Shown one piece after another: positions 10,330-19,869 of a stretch of DNA of 64,000 bases (position 1 is its first letter; each line of letters starts with the position of its first letter). Source of the DNA: a virus; UHGV virus genome UHGV-0286546; one strand, given 5' to 3'. A model generated the notes under the pieces. That model had not been told where the DNA came from. It was given only the letters and a program-made list of their open reading frames with translations, and searched no databases. Position numbers and translations under genes: made by a program.

Positions 10330-10731
10330 ATGGGCGTAGTAAAAATACGATTGAATACGTGGCAAAGATGCGGTAATCGTGATACTAAATTTAAACGTGG
10401 TATTGCTCCGCGTGAAGGCTTTGTTGACGTATGTCCTGAAACCAACACCGTATTCGTCAAGAATGGCGAATATAAATGTAAACCTTGGGATACAGAAGTA
10501 TCTCGTAAAACAGACAAAGAGTATATTTCTAATCGAAAAGAGTTTTATTCTGGTTTATGCTTTGAATCAAAAGAAGATGCTCAAAGTTTTATGAATAAAC
10601 ATAAAGCGGAATTAGACAAACTCGCTGCTGAAAATCCACTCTTTGATCATTGGTCAATCATGAATGTTATTGAACGCTTTGAACCTAATCGTAAATTGGT
10701 ATATGGGAAGGACATCAAAGATGAAAAATAA
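10330..10731 (+). CDS. Hypothetical protein
   Basis: ORF with upstream GGAGGAAAA RBS. Confidence 0.35.
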   Translation: MGVVKIRLNTWQRCGNRDTKFKRGIAPREGFVDVCPETNTVFVKNGEYKCKPWDTEVSRKTDKEYISNRKEFYSGLCFESKEDAQSFMNKHKAELDKLAAENPLFDHWSIMNVIERFEPNRKLVYGKDIKDEK

Positions 10732-10969
10732 CCTCGATATATTGCTGAAGGTAATGAAAAGATATTCTGATCGCGCAGAACACTGTTTTAACGCAGGTAT
10801 AGTAATTAGTTTTCTGTTGTTTATCTTACCTTCGTTTTATCGTTTAATTGCACTAGTTGTTTGGTCTGTAGTAACACTTTTTGGTCTATATTTTATGGCC
10901 AAATCTAAGTATTATGGAAAACGATTTGATGGCATAATGAGTGCAGAAGAGAAAGCGTATAAAGAATAG
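10664..10969 (+). CDS. Small membrane protein (2 predicted TM helices)
   Basis: Hydrophobic stretches 'IVISFLLFILPSFYRLIALVVWSVVTLFGLYFM'. Confidence 0.3.
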   Translation: MLLNALNLIVNWYMGRTSKMKNNLDILLKVMKRYSDRAEHCFNAGIVISFLLFILPSFYRLIALVVWSVVTLFGLYFMAKSKYYGKRFDGIMSAEEKAYKE

Positions 10970-10998
10970 AAGTAATTTATTGTTCATGAGGGAAAAAT

Positions 10999-11400
10999 AT
11001 GACCAAAGTAGTTGGATATAAACAAAATCAAGAGCACTTTAATTGTTCACCTGAAATTAAAACAAAGATAAGTGAATTGTCATCAATATCAACTTGTCGC
11101 TATGATCCCACAGCCAAAAAAACAGGCGATATTGACGAATTTTTAAAAAGACCAATTAAATATACTTATGATATTACTGTAAAAAGTGAAGATGCATTAA
11201 GTGTATTTAAACATTCTTGTTATTTTGATAACAGAGAGGATGCTGAAAAAAATCATAAAAATTTAAGAGTTAAATATTATGATCAATTGACAGCTCCTTA
11301 TCTCGACAAAATAAAAAGAAAAGGTAAACTTTCGACTTATGATCAAGATGAAATTTTAGGAATTATTAAAAAATTCGATAATCTTAAGCTCGCTTCTTAG
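10999..11400 (+). CDS. Hypothetical protein
   Basis: ORF with GAGGGAAAAA RBS. Confidence 0.3.
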   Translation: MTKVVGYKQNQEHFNCSPEIKTKISELSSISTCRYDPTAKKTGDIDEFLKRPIKYTYDITVKSEDALSVFKHSCYFDNREDAEKNHKNLRVKYYDQLTAPYLDKIKRKGKLSTYDQDEILGIIKKFDNLKLAS

Positions 11401-11704
11401 TTGATTTCTTATCGCGCCGCTTAATAGCTTCCATAAACTTTTTCTTGTTTTCTGGATTCTTATACCAATCAGCTCTTGTTTTGGCGGCGCGAGCATTTAT
11501 TTCTTCTATATTCTTTTTGTTTCTGTGTGCTTTTTTTGCTGCCTCCGAATTACCAATCTGTCCTTTATACATATCACTTCTTAAAAATATTTCATCTTCA
11601 GATTTTGAGTTCTGAAATCTAGACTTTTGTAAATCACCAAAATTTTTAAATTCAGGATGCTGCAATAAATCTAACGTTTCATCTAGTATTTGTTCTATTC
11701 TCAT
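11384..11704 (-). CDS. Small basic (K/R-rich) protein
   Basis: C-terminal half is very lysine/arginine-rich ('KKAHRNKKNIEEINARAAKTRADWYKNPENKKKFMEAIKRRDKKSTKKRA'), so possibly nucleic-acid binding. Confidence 0.3.
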   Translation of the reverse strand: MRIEQILDETLDLLQHPEFKNFGDLQKSRFQNSKSEDEIFLRSDMYKGQIGNSEAAKKAHRNKKNIEEINARAAKTRADWYKNPENKKKFMEAIKRRDKKSTKKRA

Positions 11705-12183
11705 ATTAATTCTTTCCCCGGTGAATATATACGTTGTGCAAATTTATTCTTTTTATAATCAGATTCCCAACAATATATTATTTTAAAGCCTAGTGAATGA
11801 AATAACGCAAATCTAGCTTTTGTTCCTTCATATAATTGTCGGTATGTTGTTTTTGTTAATGGATTTAATGTATCGAAGACTTTTTTATATTTAATAGGAT
11901 TAGCATGATAAAAATCTCCTAAAAATTCATATATTGTACGAGTCGCTAAATTATATCCATCTACAATATATACTTTACCATTAAATCCGTATATAACTTT
12001 ACTTCTTTCTGGTACTTGTAAATTGTTCAACCAAATATCTTCAGTTTTTGATTGTCCATGCCGTAAATTAGTATTACCTACTTTTACAAATCCAATTTTA
12101 GGTTTTTTCGGTCTACAAAACTTTTTAATTGCTTTTCTTGTTGCTATTCTTGATTTTGCAGTTTTTGTCTTACTTGTTCTCAT
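11701..12183 (-). CDS. Vsr/PD-(D/E)XK-like nuclease (putative homing endonuclease)
   Basis: 'IVDGYNLATRTIYEFLGDFYHANP' resembles the Vsr 'FVDGCFWHG' core, followed by 'IIYCWESDY'. The same two-block pattern recurs in ORF 46430..47929 ('GVEFNGAYFHS' ... 'IHIWEDQW'). Confidence 0.45.
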   Translation of the reverse strand: MRTSKTKTAKSRIATRKAIKKFCRPKKPKIGFVKVGNTNLRHGQSKTEDIWLNNLQVPERSKVIYGFNGKVYIVDGYNLATRTIYEFLGDFYHANPIKYKKVFDTLNPLTKTTYRQLYEGTKARFALFHSLGFKIIYCWESDYKKNKFAQRIYSPGKELI

Positions 12184-13013
12184 CCTTCCCAGTTTCTCTT
12201 TGTTCTAGGTTTCTTATATTTTTGTACATATTTTTTGTTATTAAACCGATCATATTCGTATTCAATAATTTCAGCCAAACGTTTCATTAATTTAACATAT
12301 CGATCGGAATCCAAAGAATACACGTAATTGATTAAATCATCAGATAACATACAATCTTTTCCATCTTTTGCTTTTTTTATTTCTTTTATAATTGTATTTA
12401 TTACGTTTTGTTTTAATGCTTTGTCGTGCTCATCGTTTAAATTTATTTTATCGAATTGATCTTTTATGTATTTTCTAAAGTAATGTTGAACTTCTATAAA
12501 ATGTGCATTAAACTCCAAAGGTTGATTATAATATTCACGATTCGTTTTTATTTCATTTGTATCTGTGTTATATCGTTTTAAATCTTGTCTATGTATTAAT
12601 TCGTGAATGATAGAGCTTTTTATGTTTGTCTTCATAATTATTTTGACAATATCTGGTAGTGTTATTTTATTTGGAGTATTTAATATAGAAACATAAACAA
12701 TATCTTCTTTGTCTTCAGTATCTATAAATACAGTTGCGTCAGATATGTCTTTTGATAAAAATATGTACTTTATATCGTCCACTTCTATACAAGGTCCAAA
12801 AAATGCTTTATTATGTCCATTGTATTTATAAAAATCAGAAAAATCTCCAGTATCTAAAATGGTTTTAATTTTTGTTATAAATTTTCTAGCTTTCATATGA
12901 GCGAGAGTTTCAGCACGTAAATCATCTTCTGCGTTTTCTAATAAAAATCTTTCGAATGTTTCTTCTGTTTGTTCACTCAAATCCGATTTAAGTGCATACC
13001 ATAAAATTGTCAT
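12180..13013 (-). CDS. Putative zinc metallopeptidase (HExxH motif)
   Basis: 'IIHELIHRQD' contains an HExxH zincin motif, with a downstream 'EFNAHF' as possible third ligand. Otherwise no family recognised. Confidence 0.35.
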   Translation of the reverse strand: MTILWYALKSDLSEQTEETFERFLLENAEDDLRAETLAHMKARKFITKIKTILDTGDFSDFYKYNGHNKAFFGPCIEVDDIKYIFLSKDISDATVFIDTEDKEDIVYVSILNTPNKITLPDIVKIIMKTNIKSSIIHELIHRQDLKRYNTDTNEIKTNREYYNQPLEFNAHFIEVQHYFRKYIKDQFDKINLNDEHDKALKQNVINTIIKEIKKAKDGKDCMLSDDLINYVYSLDSDRYVKLMKRLAEIIEYEYDRFNNKKYVQKYKKPRTKRNWEG

Positions 13014-13160
13014 TCTTATTAATCCTTTGCTTTGTATTATTATCTAGAACTTTAAAATAATTTAGTAGAATTTTAAAAGAAAAACGTTCTATATTATGTA
13101 AGTGCTTAATTGTGAGGCTTACAAATTTGAATCTTGCTTAACTATTAGGAGATTTTAAAA

Positions 13161-13619
13161 ATGAATAAACAATTATCACCACTTGGACGTGGTTCTCTTT
13201 CTCGTATTATCGATTCACCTTTTTCTTCATTTATTGACGCATTTTTTTCAGAGGCTCTTCCTTTAAGCCTTGTTGATCGTCAAGAATCGTATCCGAAATA
13301 TAATATTCTCAGAAAAAACAAAGATGTAACTGATCAATTTACTATTGAACTCAGTTTGGCAGGTTTTTCTAAAGACACAATTAGTGTTTCAACAAAAAAT
13401 GATATTCTATATGTTGAAAATACTAATGCTGGCTGGAAAGAATGTGCAGAATGCGATTATCTTTATAAGGGTATTGCAGAACGTGATTTTAAATGGAAAC
13501 TTAAACTTCCTAAATTCTCAGTAATTGATAAAGTTACTTTTATTAATGGTATTCTTTCAATCGATATTTCTATTAAAATTCCTGAAAGTGAAAAACCTAA
13601 AATTTATACAATAGACTAA
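13161..13619 (+). CDS. ibpA: Small heat shock protein, IbpA/Hsp20 (alpha-crystallin) family
   Basis: Close resemblance to E. coli IbpA as recalled: 'YPKYNI' (YPPYNV), 'TIELSLAGFSKD', 'YKGIAERDFKWKLKL', 'INGILSIDISIKIPESEKPKI'. Confidence 0.8.
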   Translation: MNKQLSPLGRGSLSRIIDSPFSSFIDAFFSEALPLSLVDRQESYPKYNILRKNKDVTDQFTIELSLAGFSKDTISVSTKNDILYVENTNAGWKECAECDYLYKGIAERDFKWKLKLPKFSVIDKVTFINGILSIDISIKIPESEKPKIYTID

Positions 13620-13631
13620 TAAAAAGGAGAA

Positions 13632-13675
13632 AAGCGCTCTGCATATAATAACAACAGGGCGCTTATTTTTTGTTT
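13632..13675 (+). terminator. Rho-independent terminator
   Basis: 10-bp stem AAGCGCTCTG/CAGGGCGCTT with one G.T wobble, followed by ATTTTTTGTTTT. Confidence 0.6.
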
Positions 13676-13740
13676 TACATAATATTCCAAATAGTTTATT
13701 TTATCCTTATATCAACTAAATAAGAAAGGATATAACTCGA

Positions 13741-14163
13741 ATGTCATTCTTTGATATATTTAAAAATTTACTAAAGAAGAAAGAAGAAAATCCAATTACA
13801 GTAGAATGGTTTATTAAAAATTTGCCAGCTGAAATTTGTAATAAAGAAGATGAAGAAAGACTGCTCAACACATTGATTTGTGATGAAATATCTGAACATA
13901 ATGAAAATGTAGCAAATTTTATAATCCAAACTTCGAAAGCAGAGCGTCGAAAACTATTAGATCGATTTGATGCTATATTAAAATCATATGCCCAGTACAT
14001 TGAAGAAACCTCTGCTGTTACTTTACATTTTTTATTTGCTAATAAAGAAAAGTTATCTCCAGATACTGCTTTGGCTGTTGCAGAATGCGCTAGAAAAAAA
14101 TTGGAATATTCTAGTAAAATTTTAATTGAATTTGCTAAATTTTGTGATACTATTTTATCTTAA
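13741..14163 (+). CDS. Hypothetical protein
   Basis: Intact 140-aa ORF. Confidence 0.3.
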   Translation: MSFFDIFKNLLKKKEENPITVEWFIKNLPAEICNKEDEERLLNTLICDEISEHNENVANFIIQTSKAERRKLLDRFDAILKSYAQYIEETSAVTLHFLFANKEKLSPDTALAVAECARKKLEYSSKILIEFAKFCDTILS

Positions 14164-14175
14164 AGGGAATCAAAT

Positions 14176-15066
14176 ATGACAAAAAACGCTAATAATCCAA
14201 ATAATCCGTTTACTACATACGAATGGAGACATACTGTAATTCCAGTAGATCAATTGGATCCAAGAATTATTGATTTGCTTCCACCCGAGTTAAGAAAAGC
14301 TGTGGAAAAAGAAGTTGGTATAGGAAATCAACAAACTACTGAAGAAGAACCTGTACAAAAAGAAAAAATTAAATTCGATTATAAAATGGTTAATTGTAAT
14401 CAGGATTTAAAAGAACTTACTACCAAACTTAAGAAATCAAAAATTAAACAATATGGTATTCTTTTGTACGGAGTGTCCGGTGCAGGTAAATCTTTCTACG
14501 GTCAATGGTTGGCACAAGAACTCAAAATGCCTGTAATTAAAAAACGTGCTTCTGATCTCAATGATAAATTTGTGGGACAAACAGAACAGAATATCAAAAA
14601 GGCGTTTCAGGAAGCAAAAGAAAAGAAAGCTATTCTGATCATTGATGAGGCAGATTCAATGCTTTATGATAGACGTTCTTCGACTCAAATGTATCAGGCT
14701 ACTGCAGTAAATGAAGTATTAACTCAAATGGAAGATCATCCCTATCCGTTTATCATGACTTCTAACCTCAAAGACAAAATTGATACTGCTGCATTACGTC
14801 GCTTTATCTTCAAAATTAAATACGATTATATGAAACCTGAAAATGTACAAGCCGGAGTAAAAACATACTTTGGTAAAGAGTTTAAACTGAGTAAAGAACA
14901 ACTTGATCAGCTTAAATATATCTGTTCTGGTGATTTTAAAGTTGCTAAAGCTAAAGTTGATATTCTTGAAAATGGTGAATGCACTAATGATATGATTTTC
15001 AAATATCTTCTAAAAGAACAGGAAGAAAAAGAAATTAAACAAGGCAGTAATAAAATTAATTTCTAA
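14176..15066 (+). CDS. AAA+ ATPase (single AAA module)
   Basis: Walker A 'GVSGAGKS', Walker B 'ILIIDEAD', sensor-1 'MTSN', and an arginine-finger region 'AALRRF'. It is a paralog of each half of ORF 55076..57433 through the shared 'HPYPFIMT(S/T)NL' block. Confidence 0.7.
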   Translation: MTKNANNPNNPFTTYEWRHTVIPVDQLDPRIIDLLPPELRKAVEKEVGIGNQQTTEEEPVQKEKIKFDYKMVNCNQDLKELTTKLKKSKIKQYGILLYGVSGAGKSFYGQWLAQELKMPVIKKRASDLNDKFVGQTEQNIKKAFQEAKEKKAILIIDEADSMLYDRRSSTQMYQATAVNEVLTQMEDHPYPFIMTSNLKDKIDTAALRRFIFKIKYDYMKPENVQAGVKTYFGKEFKLSKEQLDQLKYICSGDFKVAKAKVDILENGECTNDMIFKYLLKEQEEKEIKQGSNKINF

Positions 15067-15087
15067 ACAATAAACAAGAAAGCAATC

Positions 15088-15124
15088 AAACCGGTAATTA
15101 ATACAAAAATTGCCGGTTTTTTAT
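15088..15124 (+). terminator. Rho-independent terminator for the + operon ending at 15066
   Basis: Stem AAACCGGTAATT/AATTGCCGGTTT with one wobble, followed by a T-run. Confidence 0.5.
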
Positions 15125-15140
15125 TTTAAACAATTATAAT

Positions 15141-15180
15141 AAAAAGCAGGCACCTGTAGAAAAAGGGTACCTGCTTGTTG
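15141..15180 (-). terminator. Rho-independent terminator for the minus-strand gene ending at 15182
   Basis: Stem AGCAGG(C)ACC/GGT(A)CCTGCT with a T-run on the minus strand. Confidence 0.45.
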
Positions 15181-15181
15181 C

Positions 15182-15769
15182 TTATACGATTCTTACAAAT
15201 TTTTGTGTATCTGTATCGTATTCAATTACATTAAACGTTCCATGCTCATAATTAAGCCCGTGAAGCTCCCATCCGATATCTAGAGCATTCATCACTCCTC
15301 CGTGAGAAACAATCAATGCACAGTCAAAAAATGAGTCCCAAAGGCCATTAATACAGGCATTTACCCGTTTAAAGGTTTCATGCTTACTTTCACCACCAGG
15401 AAAGCTTAATTCCCAAGTATTTTTTGTTCCCCAATACATTTTATCGATTAACAAAGAATACTTTTTACGAACGTCTTCCATTTTTTGTCCTTCTGCAATA
15501 CCAAAATCACATTCTCGTAATTCGTTTTTAGTAATTACAGAGATAGGCTTAGAGTAGGCTTCGACAATGTGTTTTGCAGTTTCTTGTGCACGTAATAACG
15601 GCGAACAATAAATCACTTCAATATTAAATTTTCGTAAAGCTTGTCCGACTTTCCATGCCTCTTCTTTACCTTCTTGTAATAACGGTAAATCTGCATAAAC
15701 ACCATTCCAAATTTTAAACTTGTTAGCCAAAGTTAAACCATGACGAACAATAATCAGTTTTTTCTTCAT
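15182..15769 (-). CDS. Histidine phosphatase (phosphoglycerate-mutase superfamily)
   Basis: N-terminal 'IIVRHGLTLAN' RHG catalytic motif and a C-terminal 'SHGGV' motif. Confidence 0.65.
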   Translation of the reverse strand: MKKKLIIVRHGLTLANKFKIWNGVYADLPLLQEGKEEAWKVGQALRKFNIEVIYCSPLLRAQETAKHIVEAYSKPISVITKNELRECDFGIAEGQKMEDVRKKYSLLIDKMYWGTKNTWELSFPGGESKHETFKRVNACINGLWDSFFDCALIVSHGGVMNALDIGWELHGLNYEHGTFNVIEYDTDTQKFVRIV

Positions 15770-15858
15770 ACAATAATATTTTTAAGTTAGACATAATAAT
15801 TTATTTAAACTTTTTTAATATTATTTAATTATTTGAACTTTGTAAAATCGATTGTTAT

Positions 15859-15913
15859 ATAAAAAATCTCCAGTGTTTTTAATAGTTAACACCGGAGATC
15901 TTTGGTTTTTTTT
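15859..15913. terminator. Bidirectional hairpin terminator downstream of nrdD
   Basis: 12-bp stem ATCTCCAGTGTT/AACACCGGAGAT with one mismatch, flanked by an A-run on one side and a T-run on the other. Confidence 0.55.
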
Positions 15914-15919
15914 ATTAGA

Positions 15920-18070
15920 TTATTTACCCAATTGTTCTTGAATCTGTGAATAACTCATGAACTTACGATTTTTCCAATCGTGCTCACGTCTGGCTTTATT
16001 CCAACCTTCAACTTTAGAAAAGTAACCAATAACACGAGTATAGTGATTAACATTCTTAGATTGACATTTAGGACATTCATCTACTTTACCTTTATGAACA
16101 TGACCACAATCTTGACATTCTACATATGTACTATTAATCGCAAAATGAGCCATTCCATATTTAACAGCATCTGAAATTAAAGTTTTAGCTTGAGAAGATG
16201 TAATCTCGGAATCGACGTTAATATGAACAATTGAACCACCTGTCATAAGCTCATTAATTTCACCGTCACGTTTCATCTTTTCGTAAATAGTATGATCTTC
16301 CCACAAACTACACCACTGATTAGCATAGATATTATATTCACCCTTGACTAAGATCTTATCTGCTTTTGCTAATTTAGGTGCCATACCTTCTGCTGGAATA
16401 GCTTCAATATTCCAAATGATATTTTCTTTTTCTGCGGCGACTTTACATTCGTTATTAAAGTAAACAAGAAAATCTTTCATATAATCATAGTCTGAATGAT
16501 TAAACTTCTTCTTTAAAATTTCATCTGCTTCAACATAGCCAACACAACCAAATGTAGAGAACATGTGTGACATATTAATCCAACCGTTAGTAATCCAAGG
16601 TTGAGTACCGCATTTTTCTAACTTATGAATTAATACACGGTGTGCTTTAAGAATTTTAGACATTTCTTCAACACGTTCACTAATAATAGCTTTGAAATCA
16701 TCATAGCTATCGGCTTCATAAGCAGCACGTGCAAAGTTAAGAGTAACAACGCGGTGAGAACCTAATGAAACTTGTGAACCTCCGAAAGAGTTAACACCAT
16801 CAGCCATAGCAATCATATCAGAATCTGATAACAGCCTACAACAGGACGCTACCTTCGTACCTTCTGAACAATACACATTGAATTTAGAAATATCTTTCTT
16901 AGTAACATAACCATATAATTTGTCGCTTTGAGATACTAATTCACGTTTACCAGTTTCTTTATCTACATCAATAGCTAAATTAATAGTAGTTACTGGAAAA
17001 GGAAATTGAAGACCATTACGAAGAGGATCACCAGCATCAAAAATATCGATATAAATTTCTTGTAATTCTTCGATGTAATCCAATACAAAATCAGTAAAGG
17101 CTTCTTTAGTATTTGGCAGTTCATTATCTTCTACGATTGCAGCTTTCTTTTCAAAATACCAAGCATAATTATCTTCATTAATCAAGTTTCTAAGTTTTTC
17201 TCTATCGAAGCAAGAAACATTTGTAAATGGAGATTCTACTGCAGATCTACTATAATGATTAACTGTATGAATAAACTGCTGAAAACAATTTACAATATAT
17301 TTACGTAATTTTTTATCTGTACGCAATTCATCTAATGTAATTCTTTCACGATAAATAGCCAAGTGTGCTGTATCTAAGAAGAAAGTACCGACTGCAACCG
17401 CACCTGCTACGTTATATGAAAGTTCACGAATTGTATCACCTAAAATGGATACATATGTTGAAACTCTTTTTGCTTGACTGGAATGTACTTGACCAAATTT
17501 ACGACCTTCCATTACTAATTTAGAAGCATCAATACAATAGCAATACGGCATAAGAATTTTTGTACTATCGTTCAAAGCTAAGGAATAATCAAACATAGAA
17601 GCCATACATTTTTTAGCTGTTTCTTTACCATATAATTCTTTAATTGTTTGATAAAGATAATCATAACCTGCTAATTTTTTATATGCTAAAATGGCTTCTG
17701 TACAAATACCTTCCATATTAATAGATGTTTTATTAGCATTTGGATCTACTGAAATATCATTAGCAGTTTGAAGATCACCAAATGTTAAAAGTGAAATAAT
17801 TGATAATGGATCGAAGTATTTTTTAGATAACCCGTGTATTTCAAGGATTTCTTCAACTTTTGTATTGAGTTCTTCTTTATCTTTTACACCATATTTAGAT
17901 TTAATGGATTTTGCTAAACATTCTGAAATATTTTTAATAGTGCGTGTAGTATTTGCTTCTGAAAGACTAATATCAATAAGCTTATTCATTTCTTCTTGAT
18001 ATGGATTTTCTTCAAGATAGTTAAACTTAGGATATTTTAAAGAAATTGCTCTTTTATTATTCGGGCTCAT
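15920..18070 (-). CDS. nrdD: Anaerobic ribonucleoside-triphosphate reductase (class III RNR)
   Basis: Size of 716 aa, a C-terminal Zn ribbon 'CQDCGHVHKGKVDECPKCQ', and a glycyl-radical-like 'TRVIGYFS' motif. It is directly followed by a radical-SAM activase gene. Confidence 0.8.
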   Translation of the reverse strand: MSPNNKRAISLKYPKFNYLEENPYQEEMNKLIDISLSEANTTRTIKNISECLAKSIKSKYGVKDKEELNTKVEEILEIHGLSKKYFDPLSIISLLTFGDLQTANDISVDPNANKTSINMEGICTEAILAYKKLAGYDYLYQTIKELYGKETAKKCMASMFDYSLALNDSTKILMPYCYCIDASKLVMEGRKFGQVHSSQAKRVSTYVSILGDTIRELSYNVAGAVAVGTFFLDTAHLAIYRERITLDELRTDKKLRKYIVNCFQQFIHTVNHYSRSAVESPFTNVSCFDREKLRNLINEDNYAWYFEKKAAIVEDNELPNTKEAFTDFVLDYIEELQEIYIDIFDAGDPLRNGLQFPFPVTTINLAIDVDKETGKRELVSQSDKLYGYVTKKDISKFNVYCSEGTKVASCCRLLSDSDMIAMADGVNSFGGSQVSLGSHRVVTLNFARAAYEADSYDDFKAIISERVEEMSKILKAHRVLIHKLEKCGTQPWITNGWINMSHMFSTFGCVGYVEADEILKKKFNHSDYDYMKDFLVYFNNECKVAAEKENIIWNIEAIPAEGMAPKLAKADKILVKGEYNIYANQWCSLWEDHTIYEKMKRDGEINELMTGGSIVHINVDSEITSSQAKTLISDAVKYGMAHFAINSTYVECQDCGHVHKGKVDECPKCQSKNVNHYTRVIGYFSKVEGWNKARREHDWKNRKFMSYSQIQEQLGK

Positions 18071-18082
18071 TTTTATTCCTCG

Positions 18083-18634
18083 TTATTTTTTAAAAGTTAA
18101 TATACCATCGTTAGAAAGTAGGTTATAGTCACCATCATAAAAATTTTGATTAGGACTTGCCAATATAAAGTTTGAATCTGTTTTTTCTGATTTTCTACAA
18201 GAATTTTTATCAAAAGTGCCACATTTAAAGAATTTAGCTCCTTTTAGGTTTAAACTTTTAACAACTTCTATTGAATATCCAGTATAGATACAAACATCAA
18301 AATCATCTTTGAGATTGTTTAAAAGATATTTCGTATACTCTAGATTTGATTTGTAAAGGGGATCTCCTCCGATTAAAATTACTTTATTTGTCATAGCTCT
18401 TTCGCAGTAATCCTTTACTCTATTTAATATCTCTTCTTTTGTTTCAGAATAGGTATCTTCGTATTGTAAATTCATGCTATGACAACCTGGACAATGATGT
18501 TCGCAACCTGTCATTATTACGGCTATCGCATTGCCATCCGGAGTAGGATAATCAAGCCAAGTTTCTTCTAAAGCTATTGTAAACATTAACTTTTTCCTTA
18601 AATACTGTTTATAATGAATAGCCAAGGAAACCAA
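18083..18634 (-). CDS. nrdG: Anaerobic RNR activating protein (radical SAM)
   Basis: CxxxCxxC cluster 'CEHHCPGC', small size, and a position that would put it in an operon with nrdD. Confidence 0.75.
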   Translation of the reverse strand: MVSLAIHYKQYLRKKLMFTIALEETWLDYPTPDGNAIAVIMTGCEHHCPGCHSMNLQYEDTYSETKEEILNRVKDYCERAMTNKVILIGGDPLYKSNLEYTKYLLNNLKDDFDVCIYTGYSIEVVKSLNLKGAKFFKCGTFDKNSCRKSEKTDSNFILASPNQNFYDGDYNLLSNDGILTFKK

Positions 18635-18729
18635 GGCTTTTGATATTATGAATGTATATTATAGAACACGAAGTGAACTATAATTCTACTTGGGAATATT
18701 TCACTTTTATTAATTCTTACGGAGATATT

Positions 18730-18772
18730 TTTTAGAAAAGAAATGCTCCGTAATTTTGACTTTTCGGAGCAC
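18730..18772 (-). terminator. Rho-independent terminator (minus strand)
   Basis: Stem TGCTCCG/CGGAGCA with a T-rich tract on the minus strand. Confidence 0.45.
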
Positions 18773-18781
18773 TTCATTGAA

Positions 18782-19777
18782 TTATAATGATTTTTTATGA
18801 TAAACTTTCGAAACAGAAATTCCACCTGATTTTTTGACCACAGGAACAGGTTTTTCCGTTTCTATAGGAGTATCAGGCAGGAGTGAAATATCGTTATCCA
18901 CGGCCTCAAAAACAGGCTTTATTTGTGTTTTATTTTCTTCCTTTTTAACATCCGATTTTAATCTTATTTTAGACAGATTTGGTACATTTTTATTTTTCTC
19001 TTGATTTTTATTTTTTCTAGTATTAACAGCAAGAATAATTGCTATTTGAAGATAGTCTGTACCTATTATGACCAAAAAAATAAGAATCGTAATTGAATTT
19101 TGAAGACTATCGTATGTTGTACAATTTTTTTGAGTTATTTTACAGATTGTTGTTAATACACTTGCTATTTCACTTTTATTTTTTGAATTTTGTTGAGTTG
19201 TTTGCTCAGTTAAGGTTAAAGTCGAGTCTGCTTTTGCTAAAGATTCTTCTAATTTTTGTAATGCAGCTTTATCTAATCTTCTTTTGGTATTATTACAATT
19301 ATTTTCAGCTGCATTCATATTTTTTGAAGTTTTAGCGCGTTTTAAGCAGTTTTCATAATCTAATTTATTCCAATCTATACTATTCTGATATTCAGTTTGA
19401 GCAATCTTTGCAAGGTCCTCTGAACGAGTTTGTTTTAATTCTGCATTTTCAGCCGCCTTATTATAAGCTGCTGCATTTACCATTGCTTGTTTAGTTTCAG
19501 TTGATACAAGAGAATCTAGTTTAGCAAATATACCGACAGCAGAATAAACAAACAGTAAAGCAAGGATAAGAGTAATTACATATTTTACTTTACGCAGATT
19601 CTGCCATTCATCAACAATAAAATTAAATAATAAAAAGCGTCCTAAGTCAATTATAATAAATAGGATCAAAATAAACATACCAGCAGTTGCGAATAATTCA
19701 GTCATACCAAGAGCTGTCATTATAGATGATATAACAGCAAGACACAGTGCAACCCCTAACATAAAAATGTATTTCAT
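18782..19777 (-). CDS. Membrane protein with coiled-coil and a Pro-rich C-terminus
   Basis: Three N-terminal hydrophobic helices, a long coiled-coil-like central region, another TM segment, then a 'PDTPIETEKPVPVV' tail. No family recognised. Confidence 0.35.
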   Translation of the reverse strand: MKYIFMLGVALCLAVISSIMTALGMTELFATAGMFILILFIIIDLGRFLLFNFIVDEWQNLRKVKYVITLILALLFVYSAVGIFAKLDSLVSTETKQAMVNAAAYNKAAENAELKQTRSEDLAKIAQTEYQNSIDWNKLDYENCLKRAKTSKNMNAAENNCNNTKRRLDKAALQKLEESLAKADSTLTLTEQTTQQNSKNKSEIASVLTTICKITQKNCTTYDSLQNSITILIFLVIIGTDYLQIAIILAVNTRKNKNQEKNKNVPNLSKIRLKSDVKKEENKTQIKPVFEAVDNDISLLPDTPIETEKPVPVVKKSGGISVSKVYHKKSL

Positions 19778-19869
19778 TATTCTATTCTCTTTATATTTGT
19801 TTATATAAAAGAAAAAGCTCTAATAAAAGCTTAACTCTTATTAGAACTTGGATAGAAATTTTATTATGA

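Noticed and set aside
13014-13160. Sigma-32 heat-shock promoter upstream of the IbpA-like gene
   Set aside because: Only weak resemblance (CTTGCTTAA) with no convincing CCCCATNT -10 element. Cannot be supported from sequence.
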